Shown: positions 1 through 10,612, counted from the stretch's first letter. The stretch: 64,000 bases of DNA from Sphingobacteriales bacterium (GCA_021299635.1 JAJTFA010000001.1:520391-584390), one strand, 5' to 3'. Translations and numbers: made by a program. The notes: generated from the sequence alone by a model not told the origin.

Positions 1-281
1 AATGCGAAACGTTTGGATGCTTTTTTCTTTTTCTGAATATCGAGACACTTGTTCACTGCAATTCGGTATAGCCATGTTTGCAAGCTTGATAAACCTTTGA
101 ATGTTGAAGCCGACCTGAAGACCTCTATAAATACTTCCTGTGTGGCATCTTCTGCTTCCTCTGTTTGTTGCAGCATACCCAGGCAGGTATTGTAAACTTT
201 ATCGGCAAATACACGGTAAAGTTCCCTGAAAGCTTGTTCCTCTCCTGAAATGATTTTCGCTATCAGTTCTTTTTCATCCAT
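1..281 (-). CDS. ECF-type sigma-70 factor (5' part; runs off the window start)
   Basis: Not in the ORF track. Manual translation from ATG at 281: MDEKELIAKIISGEEQAFRELY...AEDATQEVFIEVFRSASTFKGLSSLQTWLYRIAVNKCLD, a typical sigma region 2. Confidence 0.9.
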   Translation of the reverse strand, partial: MDEKELIAKIISGEEQAFRELYRVFADKVYNTCLGMLQQTEEAEDATQEVFIEVFRSASTFKGLSSLQTWLYRIAVNKCLDIQKKKKASKRFA

Positions 282-398
282 GGTATAAAAAGCAATATGG
301 GACTTAGTTTCAATAAATGCAATGTTGGTAGGAACTGAGTACTATTTTAAGTGTTCAATTCAGTTAATAACATTCATACGGATGGCGTTATATCAATC

Positions 399-436
399 AA
401 AAAGCGGTATTGCCTGATCAGGCAATACCGCTTTTT
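399..436. terminator. Bidirectional intrinsic terminator (perfect 38-bp palindrome)
   Basis: AAAAAGCGGTATTGCCTGA/TCAGGCAATACCGCTTTTT, 21 bp downstream of the 458..889 stop. Confidence 0.8.
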
Positions 437-457
437 CTTACGATAGGAATGTAATGG

Positions 458-889
458 TTAATCGTTCAAAAACAATCCATCCTCTTGCAATTCTTCTTTC
501 TCTTTTCGTCTTTCTTCTGCTTTTTTCTTCATCTCCTTTTTACGTTCTTGTTTGTATGCAGCATATTTTTGCTTCTGCTCATCGGTTAATAAAGCATTAA
601 TGCTGGCATCGGTACTTTTCAGGATATTTTTCATGGCTGCCTTTCTGGATTCTGGTGTATGATCCGTTTTCTTTCTTTCCTTATGCAATTGTTCCTGTTG
701 TTCTTTCAACAAGTGTTTTATTTTTTCTTTCTGAACTTCTTGTACTCCTACCTTTTCACAGAACTCAGTAAACTTTTTCTCTCTCATTTCTTGTTTCTGC
801 GCTCCCTTTTCGCTCTTGACCTTTTGGCCCATTGCAGTTGTGGTAATGATTAAAGCCAGCAATGCGGCTATACATTTCATGGTTTTCAT
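458..889 (-). CDS. Secreted helical protein, Spy/CpxP (LTXXQ)-like
   Basis: Signal peptide, charged helical body, LLTDEQKQKY motif. Confidence 0.6.
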   Translation of the reverse strand: MKTMKCIAALLALIITTTAMGQKVKSEKGAQKQEMREKKFTEFCEKVGVQEVQKEKIKHLLKEQQEQLHKERKKTDHTPESRKAAMKNILKSTDASINALLTDEQKQKYAAYKQERKKEMKKKAEERRKEKEELQEDGLFLND

Positions 890-1086
890 CGGTTTTAATG
901 ATTTAGCATTGTTATGATGTTTTTATAAAGCAATGGTTTAATTACAATTCATTTTTTTACAAATATGCCAAACTTAGCCACAAGGACTATGCTTTTAGTA
1001 ATACATGAACTTTACTGCTTGATTTAATTACAGGACCAGATTGCGGCTGTTGTTAGGATACTTTTCGCCAAACAACTTTTCTGCAT

Positions 1087-1094
1087 TACATTTG
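1087..1094 (+). promoter_or_regulatory. Bacteroidota sigmaA -7 promoter element for mnmA
   Basis: TACATTTG matches TAnnTTTG, 10 bp before ATG at 1105. Confidence 0.55.
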
Positions 1095-1104
1095 TTTGCT
1101 TTTT

Positions 1105-2214
1105 ATGAGTAAAAACGGAAAAATACTGGTAGCCATGAGTGGCGGTCTGGATAGCACTGTTACAGCTGTAATGCTTGCTGAGCAGGGCTATGAAGTAGTG
1201 GGCATTACCATGAAAACCTGGGATTACAGCTCATCCGGAGGCAGTAAAAAAGAAACCGGTTGCTGCAGTCTTGATTCTATTAATGATGCACGGTCTATTG
1301 CAGTTAAGCATGGTATACATCACATGATATTGGATATAAGGGACGAGTTTGGTGATTTTGTTATTGATAATTTTGTGGATGAATACCTTGCCGGTCGCAC
1401 ACCCAATCCTTGTGTATTGTGCAATACGCACATTAAATGGGAAGCACTGCTTAAGAGGGCAAACCAGCTTGATTGCGAGTTTATAGCTACCGGGCACTAT
1501 GCTCAGGTGCGCGAGGAAAATAATCGATATGTTGTGTCTAAAGGGTTGGATGACAATAAAGATCAATCTTACGTTTTGTGGGGTTTAACCCAAACCAGTT
1601 TAGCTAAAACACGCTTTCCGCTTGGAAAATTCAGGAAAACGGAAATAAGGCAAATGGCATTGGATATGGGATATGAGGAGTTGGCTAAAAAAAGCGAGAG
1701 TTATGAGATTTGTTTTGTGCCTGATAACGATTATCGTGGTTTTTTGAAAAGAAGGGTGTCTGGCTTAGAGCAAAGGGTTGATGGTGGTGATTTTGTTACC
1801 ACAGATGGTAAAGTGTTGGGCAAGCACAGGGGCTACCCGTTTTATACAGTAGGTCAACGAAAAGGGTTAGAGATTGCTTTAGGCGAGCCAATGTATGTGG
1901 TGGAAATAGATCCTGAACACAATAAGGTGGTGCTCGGAAGAGAAGAAGAACTGCAGCGTAAAGGCATGTGGGTGCAAGGCCTGAATATGGGTAAGTATGC
2001 AACTTTAACTGAGCCAATGGAGGTTGTAGCAAAAATACGCTATAAAGATTCCGGTCAGATGGCAACCATCAGGCAGCATGGCAACCGCATGGAAGTGATT
2101 TTTAATTCAACCGTTAAAGCTATTGCACCAGGCCAGTCGGCTGTATTTTATGAAGGGAATGATGTAGTGGCCGGTGGATGGATACAATCCGCATTCGATG
2201 TGATCCATGCGTAA
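1105..2214 (+). CDS. mnmA: tRNA-specific 2-thiouridylase MnmA
   Basis: AMSGGLDS PP-loop, TPNPCVLCN, IATGHY, KDQSY, GQSAVFY motifs. Confidence 0.97.
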   Translation: MSKNGKILVAMSGGLDSTVTAVMLAEQGYEVVGITMKTWDYSSSGGSKKETGCCSLDSINDARSIAVKHGIHHMILDIRDEFGDFVIDNFVDEYLAGRTPNPCVLCNTHIKWEALLKRANQLDCEFIATGHYAQVREENNRYVVSKGLDDNKDQSYVLWGLTQTSLAKTRFPLGKFRKTEIRQMALDMGYEELAKKSESYEICFVPDNDYRGFLKRRVSGLEQRVDGGDFVTTDGKVLGKHRGYPFYTVGQRKGLEIALGEPMYVVEIDPEHNKVVLGREEELQRKGMWVQGLNMGKYATLTEPMEVVAKIRYKDSGQMATIRQHGNRMEVIFNSTVKAIAPGQSAVFYEGNDVVAGGWIQSAFDVIHA

Positions 2215-2265
2215 AACAATTCAAAAGCTATATTTGCGTTACCTTTATTTGTAAAGGTGTTTTGA

Positions 2266-2934
2266 ATGAAACAACTAAACGTTTTGCTTCTTTTTTGCTC
2301 ACTAGCCCTGATTGCATGCTCGGATGATGATGCCGCGCAGGGAACCATCGATCTGGGTTTAAGCTACACGCCTGTGGGCGTTGGAGCAGAGTGGATTTAT
2401 AAGGTCGACTCATTTTCTTATGACGATAATACCGGATCAACCAATATTGATACCTTTAACTATTGGTATAAAGAAGTTGTTGCCCAGAAACTGAGTGGCA
2501 GTGCCGATGAAACAGAAAGCTCCTTCCTAATTAACCGCTTTTTTAGGTATTCAGATTCGGCTGATTGGAAACAGGCCAACAGCTGGAGGTTGCTAAAAAG
2601 TAATATGCGTGTAGAAAAAATTGAGGAAAATATTTCATTCATTAAATTATTGTTCCCGCTTGCCTCCGGTAAAAGATGGAATGGTAATATGGCCAATAGT
2701 CGCGAGCGGGAAAATTATACCATTATTTGGTTAGATGCACCCTACTCATCTTATCAGCAAACCTGCAAGGTTGAGCAGTTTAAAGAGAAGAACTTGGTAG
2801 AAGAAATAACGCGTGAGGAAGTATTTGCCCGCAACGTAGGTTTGGTATTTAAAGTGTCAGACTCTCTTAACACGCAGGTAAAAGGCACCCGTGGATACCG
2901 ACTTCGCTATATCCTTCAAACATTTAAGCCCTGA
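2266..2934 (+). CDS. Hypothetical lipoprotein
   Basis: Lipobox LIAC followed by acidic SDDD; C-terminal EEVFARNVGLV motif; stop overlaps the next ATG. Confidence 0.7.
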   Translation: MKQLNVLLLFCSLALIACSDDDAAQGTIDLGLSYTPVGVGAEWIYKVDSFSYDDNTGSTNIDTFNYWYKEVVAQKLSGSADETESSFLINRFFRYSDSADWKQANSWRLLKSNMRVEKIEENISFIKLLFPLASGKRWNGNMANSRERENYTIIWLDAPYSSYQQTCKVEQFKEKNLVEEITREEVFARNVGLVFKVSDSLNTQVKGTRGYRLRYILQTFKP

Positions 2935-4613
2935 TGCGTTTTTTAGTATTACTATTTATTATAATTTCTTCTGCAGCACTTTTTGCGCAAACTTCTGCCC
3001 CAAATGAATTGTATGCCTATTGGATTACGTTTAAGGATAAAGACAGCAATTTACATATGCTGCATAAACCTCAGCTTTTTTTAGGTAATCGTGCAATCAG
3101 CAGGCGAAATAAATATGATATAGCAGTGGATGCAACTGACCTGCCTGTCGATCAGCATCACAGAAAATATTTTTTAGATAGAGACTATGCTATTTACAGC
3201 ATGAGCAGATGGCTAAACGCCATTACCATTTTGTCAAAGTATAAAAATTTGCCTGATTCTATTGGCAAACTGCCATTTATAAAGGAGTGCATCTATCTAG
3301 GTAAGATAAATGAAGCTTCTATTTTCAGAAAAGAGCAGGATATAAAGGATTTACTCAGCAATCTGGAGATGAGAACGGAAAGTCTCCGTAAAAAAAGCAT
3401 CGATACTTCATACTACGGTAAAGCCTTCTTGCAAAATGAAATCTTAAATATATCACCTCTCCATCAATTAGGTTATAAAGGCAAAGGCATACATATAGCT
3501 GTAATTGATGCCGGTTTTAAAAATATACCTGCAGTTTCGTTTTTTCGACATATTATGGATAGCGGACAACTCCTAGGTAGCTATGATTTTGTAGACAAAC
3601 AATTCAATGTCTTTGATGATGATGATCATGGCGGTGCTGTTTTTTCATGCATGGCTGCACAAAAACCCTATGAGTATGTCGGTATTTCACCTCATGCTTC
3701 TTATTGGCTGCTTCGCAGCGAAAATCCCACAACTGAGCAGCTACTGGAGGAGGCTCTATGGACAGAGGCTGCAGAGTTTGCCGATAGTGTGGGAGTAGAT
3801 GTGATTAACTCATCTCTGGGCTATTATGCTTTTGATGAAAAGCAGATGAATCATAAATCAAAACAACTGGATGGTAAAAGTACCATTATTAGCAGGGCTG
3901 CTTCCATTGCTTCAAGTAAAGGTATTCTCATCATAAATAGTGCAGGCAATGAAGGTGATACCAAATGGAAACAGATTGCTTTCCCTGCTGATGCTAACGG
4001 AGTGCTAACTGTTGGTTCGGTTGATAGGAATAAAAATCATTCTTCGTTTAGCTCTATCGGCCCAAGTGCCGATAATAGAATAAAACCTGATGTTGTGGCA
4101 ATGGGGCAGGAGGCTTATCTGGTTTCATCAAGTGGTAATTTATATCAAGGAAATGGCACCTCTTATGCCAGTCCTATGGTTGCGGCAGGCGCAGCTTGCT
4201 TATTGCAGGCAAGCAAGGAATCAAATCCGGCATCTATTATTTCTGCTATTCGTTTATCTGCGCATCAATATTTTCGCCCTGATAAATTATTGGGTTATGG
4301 CATTCCTGATTTTTTTCTTGCCTACCGCATGCTTTTGGCTCAACAAATAAAAGCGGATGATTGCATAGACATGCGTTGGTTGGATGACAAGCAATTACAT
4401 CTAACGATTTATGCTGCTCAGCCACAAAAAATTATTATTGCGTTTTATGATGAGGTAGGCAACCAAATTATGACGCTAACTGAGAAAATTAAGCAAACCG
4501 GAATTAGTCGCTTTTCTTTAAGGAAGGCGCAACAACTGCCAAAAGGAGTTTATGAGGCAAGGATTAACTTACTGAATGGAGGCCAAAGGTTTAGGATTAG
4601 CAAAACATTCTAA
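2934..4613 (+). CDS. S8 subtilisin-family serine peptidase, secreted, possible T9SS-like C-terminus
   Basis: Catalytic triad motifs VIDAG, DDHG and NGTSYASP; SAGNEG oxyanion motif; signal peptide; C-terminal LPKGVY segment. Confidence 0.9.
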   Translation: MRFLVLLFIIISSAALFAQTSAPNELYAYWITFKDKDSNLHMLHKPQLFLGNRAISRRNKYDIAVDATDLPVDQHHRKYFLDRDYAIYSMSRWLNAITILSKYKNLPDSIGKLPFIKECIYLGKINEASIFRKEQDIKDLLSNLEMRTESLRKKSIDTSYYGKAFLQNEILNISPLHQLGYKGKGIHIAVIDAGFKNIPAVSFFRHIMDSGQLLGSYDFVDKQFNVFDDDDHGGAVFSCMAAQKPYEYVGISPHASYWLLRSENPTTEQLLEEALWTEAAEFADSVGVDVINSSLGYYAFDEKQMNHKSKQLDGKSTIISRAASIASSKGILIINSAGNEGDTKWKQIAFPADANGVLTVGSVDRNKNHSSFSSIGPSADNRIKPDVVAMGQEAYLVSSSGNLYQGNGTSYASPMVAAGAACLLQASKESNPASIISAIRLSAHQYFRPDKLLGYGIPDFFLAYRMLLAQQIKADDCIDMRWLDDKQLHLTIYAAQPQKIIIAFYDEVGNQIMTLTEKIKQTGISRFSLRKAQQLPKGVYEARINLLNGGQRFRISKTF

Positions 4614-4614
4614 A

Positions 4615-4989
4615 TCACTTATGAAATTCAGCTAGAGGATTATCATACATATCACTCTGATCCTCGTTGGTATTATCCAAACACTTAAAATCTTTTTCTA
4701 TTAGCAGATAAAGCTTTTCCCCGCCAGGCAGTATCATGTTATTTTCATAACCTACTCGCTCTGTTTGCACCCAATTAGTTGCATCATGCTCCGGCATCAA
4801 CATTACAACCGTTTGTTTGGATAAGTCTGCACTGAGTTCATTTACCGTAGCATCTTTTTTTACTACGTAACTTAATTTGCCATTTGGCAGCAAGGTGTGT
4901 TCTTCAATATATCCGTCTTTCGCAAATTGATTTACCTCTGATTTGGTAAGGCGGATACGTATGCTATTTCCTTTTATTCTCAGTTTCAT
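4615..4989 (-). CDS. Conserved hypothetical protein associated with fdhD (DUF7009-like)
   Basis: MKLRIKGNSIRIRLTKSEV N-terminus and LLIEKDFKCL motif; overlaps the fdhD stop. Confidence 0.65.
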   Translation of the reverse strand: MKLRIKGNSIRIRLTKSEVNQFAKDGYIEEHTLLPNGKLSYVVKKDATVNELSADLSKQTVVMLMPEHDATNWVQTERVGYENNMILPGGEKLYLLIEKDFKCLDNTNEDQSDMYDNPLAEFHK

Positions 4990-5846
4990 AGGTCAGAAAT
5001 AATTTCGCTATTGCAATATATATTAAAACGATTAGGACGCAAGAAGCCAATCAACGTGATGCCAGATTCTTTAGCCATTTCAACAGCCAGGCTGCTGGGT
5101 GCGCCTACAGCACAAACCAATCCAATTCCGCACATCACTGCTTTTTGCATGAGTTCAAAACTGGCCCTTCCGCTTAAAAGTAAAATGAAGTTGCGCAAAG
5201 GCATTTCAATAAAGGTATTGCCACTCAACACGGCACCGGCAATTTTATCTACTGCATTATGTCGGCCTACATCTTCCCTAAGCAAGAGCAGCTCACCTTG
5301 TGCATTGAATAATGCAGCAGCATGTATACCTCCCGTATATTCAAAAACCGATTGCTGTTTTCGCAATATTTCCGGTAATTGAATAATGGTATTTTTTTGG
5401 ATTTTTAATTCATGCTTTTGCAGTGGAAACGGGCAAACCGTTTTAACGGCATCAATACTTTCTTTCCCGCAAACACCGCAACTGCTTGTGGTATAAAAAT
5501 TGCGTTGAAGTTTAGTAAAATCTAGATTGACGTTTTCATTTAACTCAACCCTAACGATGTTTTCTTTATTTTCTATCGTATTGGCTTCTGTGCAATACTT
5601 AATCGTATTAATGTCTGATGCATGTTGAATAATCCCTTCGGTATAGAGGAATCCCGCAGCCAGCTCAAAATCATTGCCCGGTGTGCGCATGGTTACTGAT
5701 ATGCTTTTTTGCATTCTGTTATGAGCAGAGCCAAATCCCAATCTTATTTCCAGCGGTTCTTCACATGCTACCAAATCTGCTTTATACGACTTCTCTTCGC
5801 CCTCTATTTTTTCGATATAAACATGCTGTACGCTTGCCTTGGTCAT
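4986..5846 (-). CDS. fdhD: Formate dehydrogenase accessory sulfurtransferase FdhD
   Basis: TMRTPG, SSCGVCG, TGGIHAA, EDVGRHNAVDK, SGRASFE, APSSLA motifs. Confidence 0.95.
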   Translation of the reverse strand: MTKASVQHVYIEKIEGEEKSYKADLVACEEPLEIRLGFGSAHNRMQKSISVTMRTPGNDFELAAGFLYTEGIIQHASDINTIKYCTEANTIENKENIVRVELNENVNLDFTKLQRNFYTTSSCGVCGKESIDAVKTVCPFPLQKHELKIQKNTIIQLPEILRKQQSVFEYTGGIHAAALFNAQGELLLLREDVGRHNAVDKIAGAVLSGNTFIEMPLRNFILLLSGRASFELMQKAVMCGIGLVCAVGAPSSLAVEMAKESGITLIGFLRPNRFNIYCNSEIISDL

Positions 5847-5904
5847 CTAGCGAAGTTATATTTTTATAATAAATGTTCTACGGTTTTTAGCGTGGCGCTA
5901 TTAT

Positions 5905-7311
5905 TTATAACAGCGAATAGCTGTCTCCATATTCCGGGATCTCTATTCCCGCTTTTATTTCACTTTTTTCCAAACTTTCTTTCATAGCAAGCAGGTTGGG
6001 CATATCTCCATGAACCAGAAATACCTTTTTTAAATGAGGCTGGTTGCAGGCAATAATGTAATTGTAAATTTCATCTTTATCCGGATGTGAACTGAATACA
6101 TCTGTGCGGCATATTTTTGAATACACCCGATAATCACGACCCTTTATGCTAATTTCCTGCTGGCCCAGCAAAAGTCGGTGTCCTAATGTGCCTTCAGCGC
6201 AAAAGCCTGCAATTAAAATTGTGCTAAACGGATTTTGAATATTATTTTTTACGTGTTCCTGTATTCTACCTCCCTCTACCATTCCGGCAGCTGATATAAT
6301 GATGCACGAATCGGTATAACCCATTAATTTCTCATGGTCATCATAGTCTTTTATCCAGTATAATTCTTCGAAATCAAAGAGGTTGCCATATTCTTTTAAA
6401 AATGCGGCTGCCTCGTTATTGAGCAGTTCCGGATATTTCTCATATGTGTGTGTTGATTTAACTGCAAGCGGGCTATCTACAAAAACTTTAACCGGAGGTA
6501 ATAATCCTTTCTTATTCAATTTGTTCAGCACATGCACAATGGATTGTGTTCTTCCAACGCTAAATGCCGGAATAATTAGCCTGCCTTTGATTCTGATGGT
6601 TTCATCAATATATTGAAGCAAATCATTTTCAGCGCGCTCAGAGCTGGTATGGTTGCGTCCGCCATAGGTTGTTTCCGTTATAAGGTAATCCAAATTATTC
6701 ATAGGACTTGGCGTTCGTATGAGTTCAGCATGGCTTCTGCCCAGGTCTCCGGTAAATCCGATTCTAACTGGTTTGCCATCTTTTTTGGTTTCTATAACAA
6801 CGCTTGCTGCACCCAGCAGATGACCTGCCTCTATCAATTCAATAGAAGTGTCTTCATTTACCTGCAACTTTTTATTAAAAGGTAGGGTAAGTATTTGCTC
6901 CATTGCTTTGGCAACACTTTTATCCGTATAAATCGGTTTAGGTACCAGATGTCTTTTTGTTTTTGATGCCCTGCCTAATTTACTCTTATATTCATCCAGC
7001 TGAATATTGGCACTGTCAAAAAGCAAATGTGCTGCAAGATCTGCAGTAGCCGGTGTACAGATGATATGACCTTTATATCCTTCCTGTGCAAGTGTAGGAA
7101 TATTTCCTGAGTGATCAATATGAGCATGAGTAAGAATCACAAGGTCAATTTCAACCGGATTAAACGGAAAGGAGAAAGCACGTTCATTTAACTCGCGTTT
7201 CTGCTCATAATTCATTCCGCAATCCAGAAGTATCTGATAGCCGTTATCTAACGTAATCAGGTGCATACTTCCTGTAACTTGTCCTGCTGCACCCCAAAAT
7301 GTAACTTTCAA
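5905..7311 (-). CDS. MBL-fold beta-CASP ribonuclease (YSH1-like)
   Basis: GAAGQVTGS, LTHAHIDHSG, AGHLLG, ETTYG, FSVGRTQ, FSSHPD, LVHG motifs. Confidence 0.92.
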   Translation of the reverse strand: MKVTFWGAAGQVTGSMHLITLDNGYQILLDCGMNYEQKRELNERAFSFPFNPVEIDLVILTHAHIDHSGNIPTLAQEGYKGHIICTPATADLAAHLLFDSANIQLDEYKSKLGRASKTKRHLVPKPIYTDKSVAKAMEQILTLPFNKKLQVNEDTSIELIEAGHLLGAASVVIETKKDGKPVRIGFTGDLGRSHAELIRTPSPMNNLDYLITETTYGGRNHTSSERAENDLLQYIDETIRIKGRLIIPAFSVGRTQSIVHVLNKLNKKGLLPPVKVFVDSPLAVKSTHTYEKYPELLNNEAAAFLKEYGNLFDFEELYWIKDYDDHEKLMGYTDSCIIISAAGMVEGGRIQEHVKNNIQNPFSTILIAGFCAEGTLGHRLLLGQQEISIKGRDYRVYSKICRTDVFSSHPDKDEIYNYIIACNQPHLKKVFLVHGDMPNLLAMKESLEKSEIKAGIEIPEYGDSYSLL

Positions 7312-7387
7312 TGTGTATTGCTATTTGTTGCAATTAACTAAATAAACACAAGAGTTGGTTAACAGTTTTAATGATTCAGGCATTCTA

Positions 7388-9793
7388 TCAGAAACCTGCT
7401 CTTAATGTTAGGGTAAGATTTCTGCCGGGAGCGCTAATGCCTGATGCAAAAACACGGTAATTTGTATCCAGGATATTATCGAGTGCCCCCATTACTTGAA
7501 TATGTTTATTTATGGCAAATGCACATCTGATATTTAATGTATACCATGCGGGTGTTCCGTCTACAGTCGCATATTGAGGATTATCTTCTCCGGTAATATT
7601 ATAGTCAGATATACTTTTCCAGCCGTTATACATCGCATAGAACTCGCCTTTAAATTTTCTTATTTTTAATTGAATTCCGGTTTTGCCAAACATCGGTGGT
7701 ATATGATCAAGCGGGTAGTCTGTTGAATCCGTTTTGATTCGGCCGTAAGTATAAGTAAGGGAAGAGTAGATGGCACATGCCGGTGTAATATCCGCCTGTA
7801 TGCCTGCAAAGCCACCGTATATATAGGCTTCACCTTTGTTTACAATGGTAAATACTGCGCTTTGCTGGCCTAAATAAGATATTGAATCTGCTCCGTTAAA
7901 AGTACTCTTGCCTGTCGTTAGCGCATCAACATAGCGAGTGTAAAATACTTGACCTTCCAGCTTAATTTGTTGCTTAATGATTTTGCTGATGCCCAGTTCC
8001 GCATTGCAGGTGTATTCAGGATTAAGTTGAGGGTTAGGTACAATTAGCATCCCCGCTCTCGAGTCGAATACTTTGGTCATGTCATCTATGTTTGGCGCAC
8101 GGAAACCACTGGCTGCATTTGCGGTAAAGCGCCAATCTTTACCCGGCATATATGCTAAACCGAAATTACCATTGAACGCTTCGTATTGTTGATTCAAATG
8201 ATTAAAAGGGAATGGGAAAAATGTTTTATCAATAAATTTTGATACGAGTGTTATATGGCTAAACCTAATTCCATCAGAAAGAATCAGTTTGGGATTTATT
8301 TCCCAACTATGTGTAAGATATGCAGCAATGCTTTGCATTACTGAACCTCCGTCTGGATATCGGGTATGAACAGGCAGAGTTACCTGGTTTAAAATATTTT
8401 CTTTTTGGGCTTTCGACTGCACATCATTATATGCCAGTTCAGTTCCGTATCTGATTTCGTGTTTACCCAAGTCTTTTTCAAAATCGGCATTTAATGCTGT
8501 TATCTTAACAGATTCTGCTCTTCTGTTAATGGTATCGCTTCTGAAACGCCTGTCGTGTCGGCTTTCTTCTATCTGCTGACTTGATAGGATAATATTGGCT
8601 TTGTCGTAAAACCAATTCTGATTGGTTAGGTTAATGGTAAATGCTCCCATCAGCCTCTTCTGCGGACCATAATACCATTCAGCAAATCTGGGTGCTGCGC
8701 CAGATGTTTCGGTTAGCCTGTCGTACCGGTCTATATTGGAAGAGTTTGATAATTGTAGATTCAACCCAAGTATTACTTTCTTGCTCGCCTTATATGATAA
8801 TTTTTCAATTAAATCATATTGCATATAACCCGATTGCTTTTGCAGGTTTACATTGGGATTATTAATGGCGCTGTCTTGCCCATTTATGCGTTCAACATAA
8901 AATAACCGTTTGCCCCAGTTGCCATAAAACGGATTTCTTTTATTGCCTTGCATTAAATCTTCAAAGCGGCTAATGGTAAAACTACCGGCATACGCCCATT
9001 TCTTTTCACCGTATTTTAAATCAATATGGGCTGTTCTTTCACCGCTTGCAGTGGCTTGTCGCACAAATGCATTTGCTGTTAAAACATCCTGGTTTCCTTG
9101 AGCAAATTGTGGCTGAATGGTGGTTAAATGCATCACACCGCCCAGTGCATCGCTGCCATAAACTGCAGATCCCGGTCCAAACAAAATTTCAGCCCTTTCT
9201 AACGAAGCGTTATCCAGCGTAATAATATTTTGTAAATGCCCTCCTCGGTAAATGGCATTGTTCATGCGCACACCATCAACTACAATTAGTACCTTGTTGG
9301 CTTCAAATCCTCTTAGTACAGGACTTCCGCCACCCAACTGACTTTTTTGCACGAATACGATTCCGGAGTTTTGTAATAAATCTGCACTGGTTGATTGATT
9401 CATGAATCCGATATCCTTGCTCCGCAGTATCAATATCTGTCTGGGTACATCCTTTTGGTTTTCTTCAAAGCGGGAAGCAGAAATAACCACATCATTCATA
9501 AGCATTTCTCTTTCCTGTAGCTCTGCTGTATAATTTATTTTTATTAAATCGAGCCAAGACAATTTCACGTCTTGATAACCCATAGCACGAATTACAACAG
9601 AATCGGGAAGGGGTGTGCTTAAAATATTGGCTTTCCCGTTTATGCCGGTTGTGAATAACGCATCGCCCGCCACTATTTCTGCCTTGGGTATGGGTTTTAG
9701 TGTTGTTTTATCTCTTACCAGAACTTGCTGCGCTATCGCTCCGCTTGCATTTAAAAGAAAAATAAAAAGGGCAAAAAGCACTTTTATATTCAT
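7388..9793 (-). CDS. TonB-dependent receptor (heme/hemoglobin receptor-like)
   Basis: Plug motifs (SPVLRGFEAN, ERAEILFGPGSAVYGSDALGG), FRAPN motif, C-terminal aromatic F. Start adjusted to MNIKVLF. Confidence 0.9.
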   Translation of the reverse strand: MNIKVLFALFIFLLNASGAIAQQVLVRDKTTLKPIPKAEIVAGDALFTTGINGKANILSTPLPDSVVIRAMGYQDVKLSWLDLIKINYTAELQEREMLMNDVVISASRFEENQKDVPRQILILRSKDIGFMNQSTSADLLQNSGIVFVQKSQLGGGSPVLRGFEANKVLIVVDGVRMNNAIYRGGHLQNIITLDNASLERAEILFGPGSAVYGSDALGGVMHLTTIQPQFAQGNQDVLTANAFVRQATASGERTAHIDLKYGEKKWAYAGSFTISRFEDLMQGNKRNPFYGNWGKRLFYVERINGQDSAINNPNVNLQKQSGYMQYDLIEKLSYKASKKVILGLNLQLSNSSNIDRYDRLTETSGAAPRFAEWYYGPQKRLMGAFTINLTNQNWFYDKANIILSSQQIEESRHDRRFRSDTINRRAESVKITALNADFEKDLGKHEIRYGTELAYNDVQSKAQKENILNQVTLPVHTRYPDGGSVMQSIAAYLTHSWEINPKLILSDGIRFSHITLVSKFIDKTFFPFPFNHLNQQYEAFNGNFGLAYMPGKDWRFTANAASGFRAPNIDDMTKVFDSRAGMLIVPNPQLNPEYTCNAELGISKIIKQQIKLEGQVFYTRYVDALTTGKSTFNGADSISYLGQQSAVFTIVNKGEAYIYGGFAGIQADITPACAIYSSLTYTYGRIKTDSTDYPLDHIPPMFGKTGIQLKIRKFKGEFYAMYNGWKSISDYNITGEDNPQYATVDGTPAWYTLNIRCAFAINKHIQVMGALDNILDTNYRVFASGISAPGRNLTLTLRAGF

Positions 9794-9912
9794 ATTTTTT
9801 TTAATGCATATTGAAAGCTGTACAGGCCTATTTAAGCTATCCATTTACAGAAGCAATATGTTAAAAATATTTATTTTTTTATCCCCATAGCATTTCTTAG
9901 TATCTTCGGCAG

Positions 9913-10560
9913 ATGCAAATAAATCTCCTCTCTAATCAGAACTCATTGTTGCATCAGTTTATAGCTGAGCTTCGTGATATTGAAGTACAAAAAGACCGTA
10001 TGCGTTTTAGAAAAAACATTGAACGCATAGGTCAATTGATGGCCTATGAAGTGAGCAAAGTGTTAGCATGGGAAGAGCAGTCTATTCAAACACCGCTGGG
10101 TAGGCATCAATCAAAAGTGCTGGCCGAGCAGCCCGTGCTTGCTACTATTTTGAGAGCTGGCCTTAGTATGCATCAAGGTGTATTAGATTGTTTTGATAAA
10201 GCAGATTGTGCATTTATTTCTGCCTACAGAAAACATCATGATAATCATACATTTGATATTGTGGTTGAGTACTTGGCTTGTCCTGTTATTCAAGATCGTA
10301 TTGTATTGCTTATTGATCCTATGTTGGCCACTGGACAATCTATTGAGTTAACCTATCAGGCTTTACTAAAGAGAGGCAATCCAAAGCAGTTGCATATATT
10401 AAGTTTGATAGCCTCAAAAGCAGGTGTTTCCTATCTACAGGAAAAGCTACCACAAGCCACACTTTGGATTGCAGATATGGATGACAGCTTAAATGAAGAT
10501 GGATATATTATTCCGGGATTAGGAGATGCTGGCGATTTGAGTTATGGTGAGAAACTCTAG
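9913..10560 (+). CDS. upp: Uracil phosphoribosyltransferase
   Basis: ILRAG, IDPMLATG PRPP loop, YIIPGLGDAGD. Confidence 0.96.
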   Translation: MQINLLSNQNSLLHQFIAELRDIEVQKDRMRFRKNIERIGQLMAYEVSKVLAWEEQSIQTPLGRHQSKVLAEQPVLATILRAGLSMHQGVLDCFDKADCAFISAYRKHHDNHTFDIVVEYLACPVIQDRIVLLIDPMLATGQSIELTYQALLKRGNPKQLHILSLIASKAGVSYLQEKLPQATLWIADMDDSLNEDGYIIPGLGDAGDLSYGEKL

Positions 10561-10565
10561 ATAAA

Positions 10566-10597
10566 CAAAAAAGGCTTCCTGAGAGAAGCCTTTTTTG
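10566..10597. terminator. Bidirectional intrinsic terminator
   Basis: CAAAAAAGGCTTC-ctgaga-GAAGCCTTTTTTG between convergent genes. Confidence 0.85.
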
Positions 10598-10612
10598 CGA
10601 AATATTTTATGA

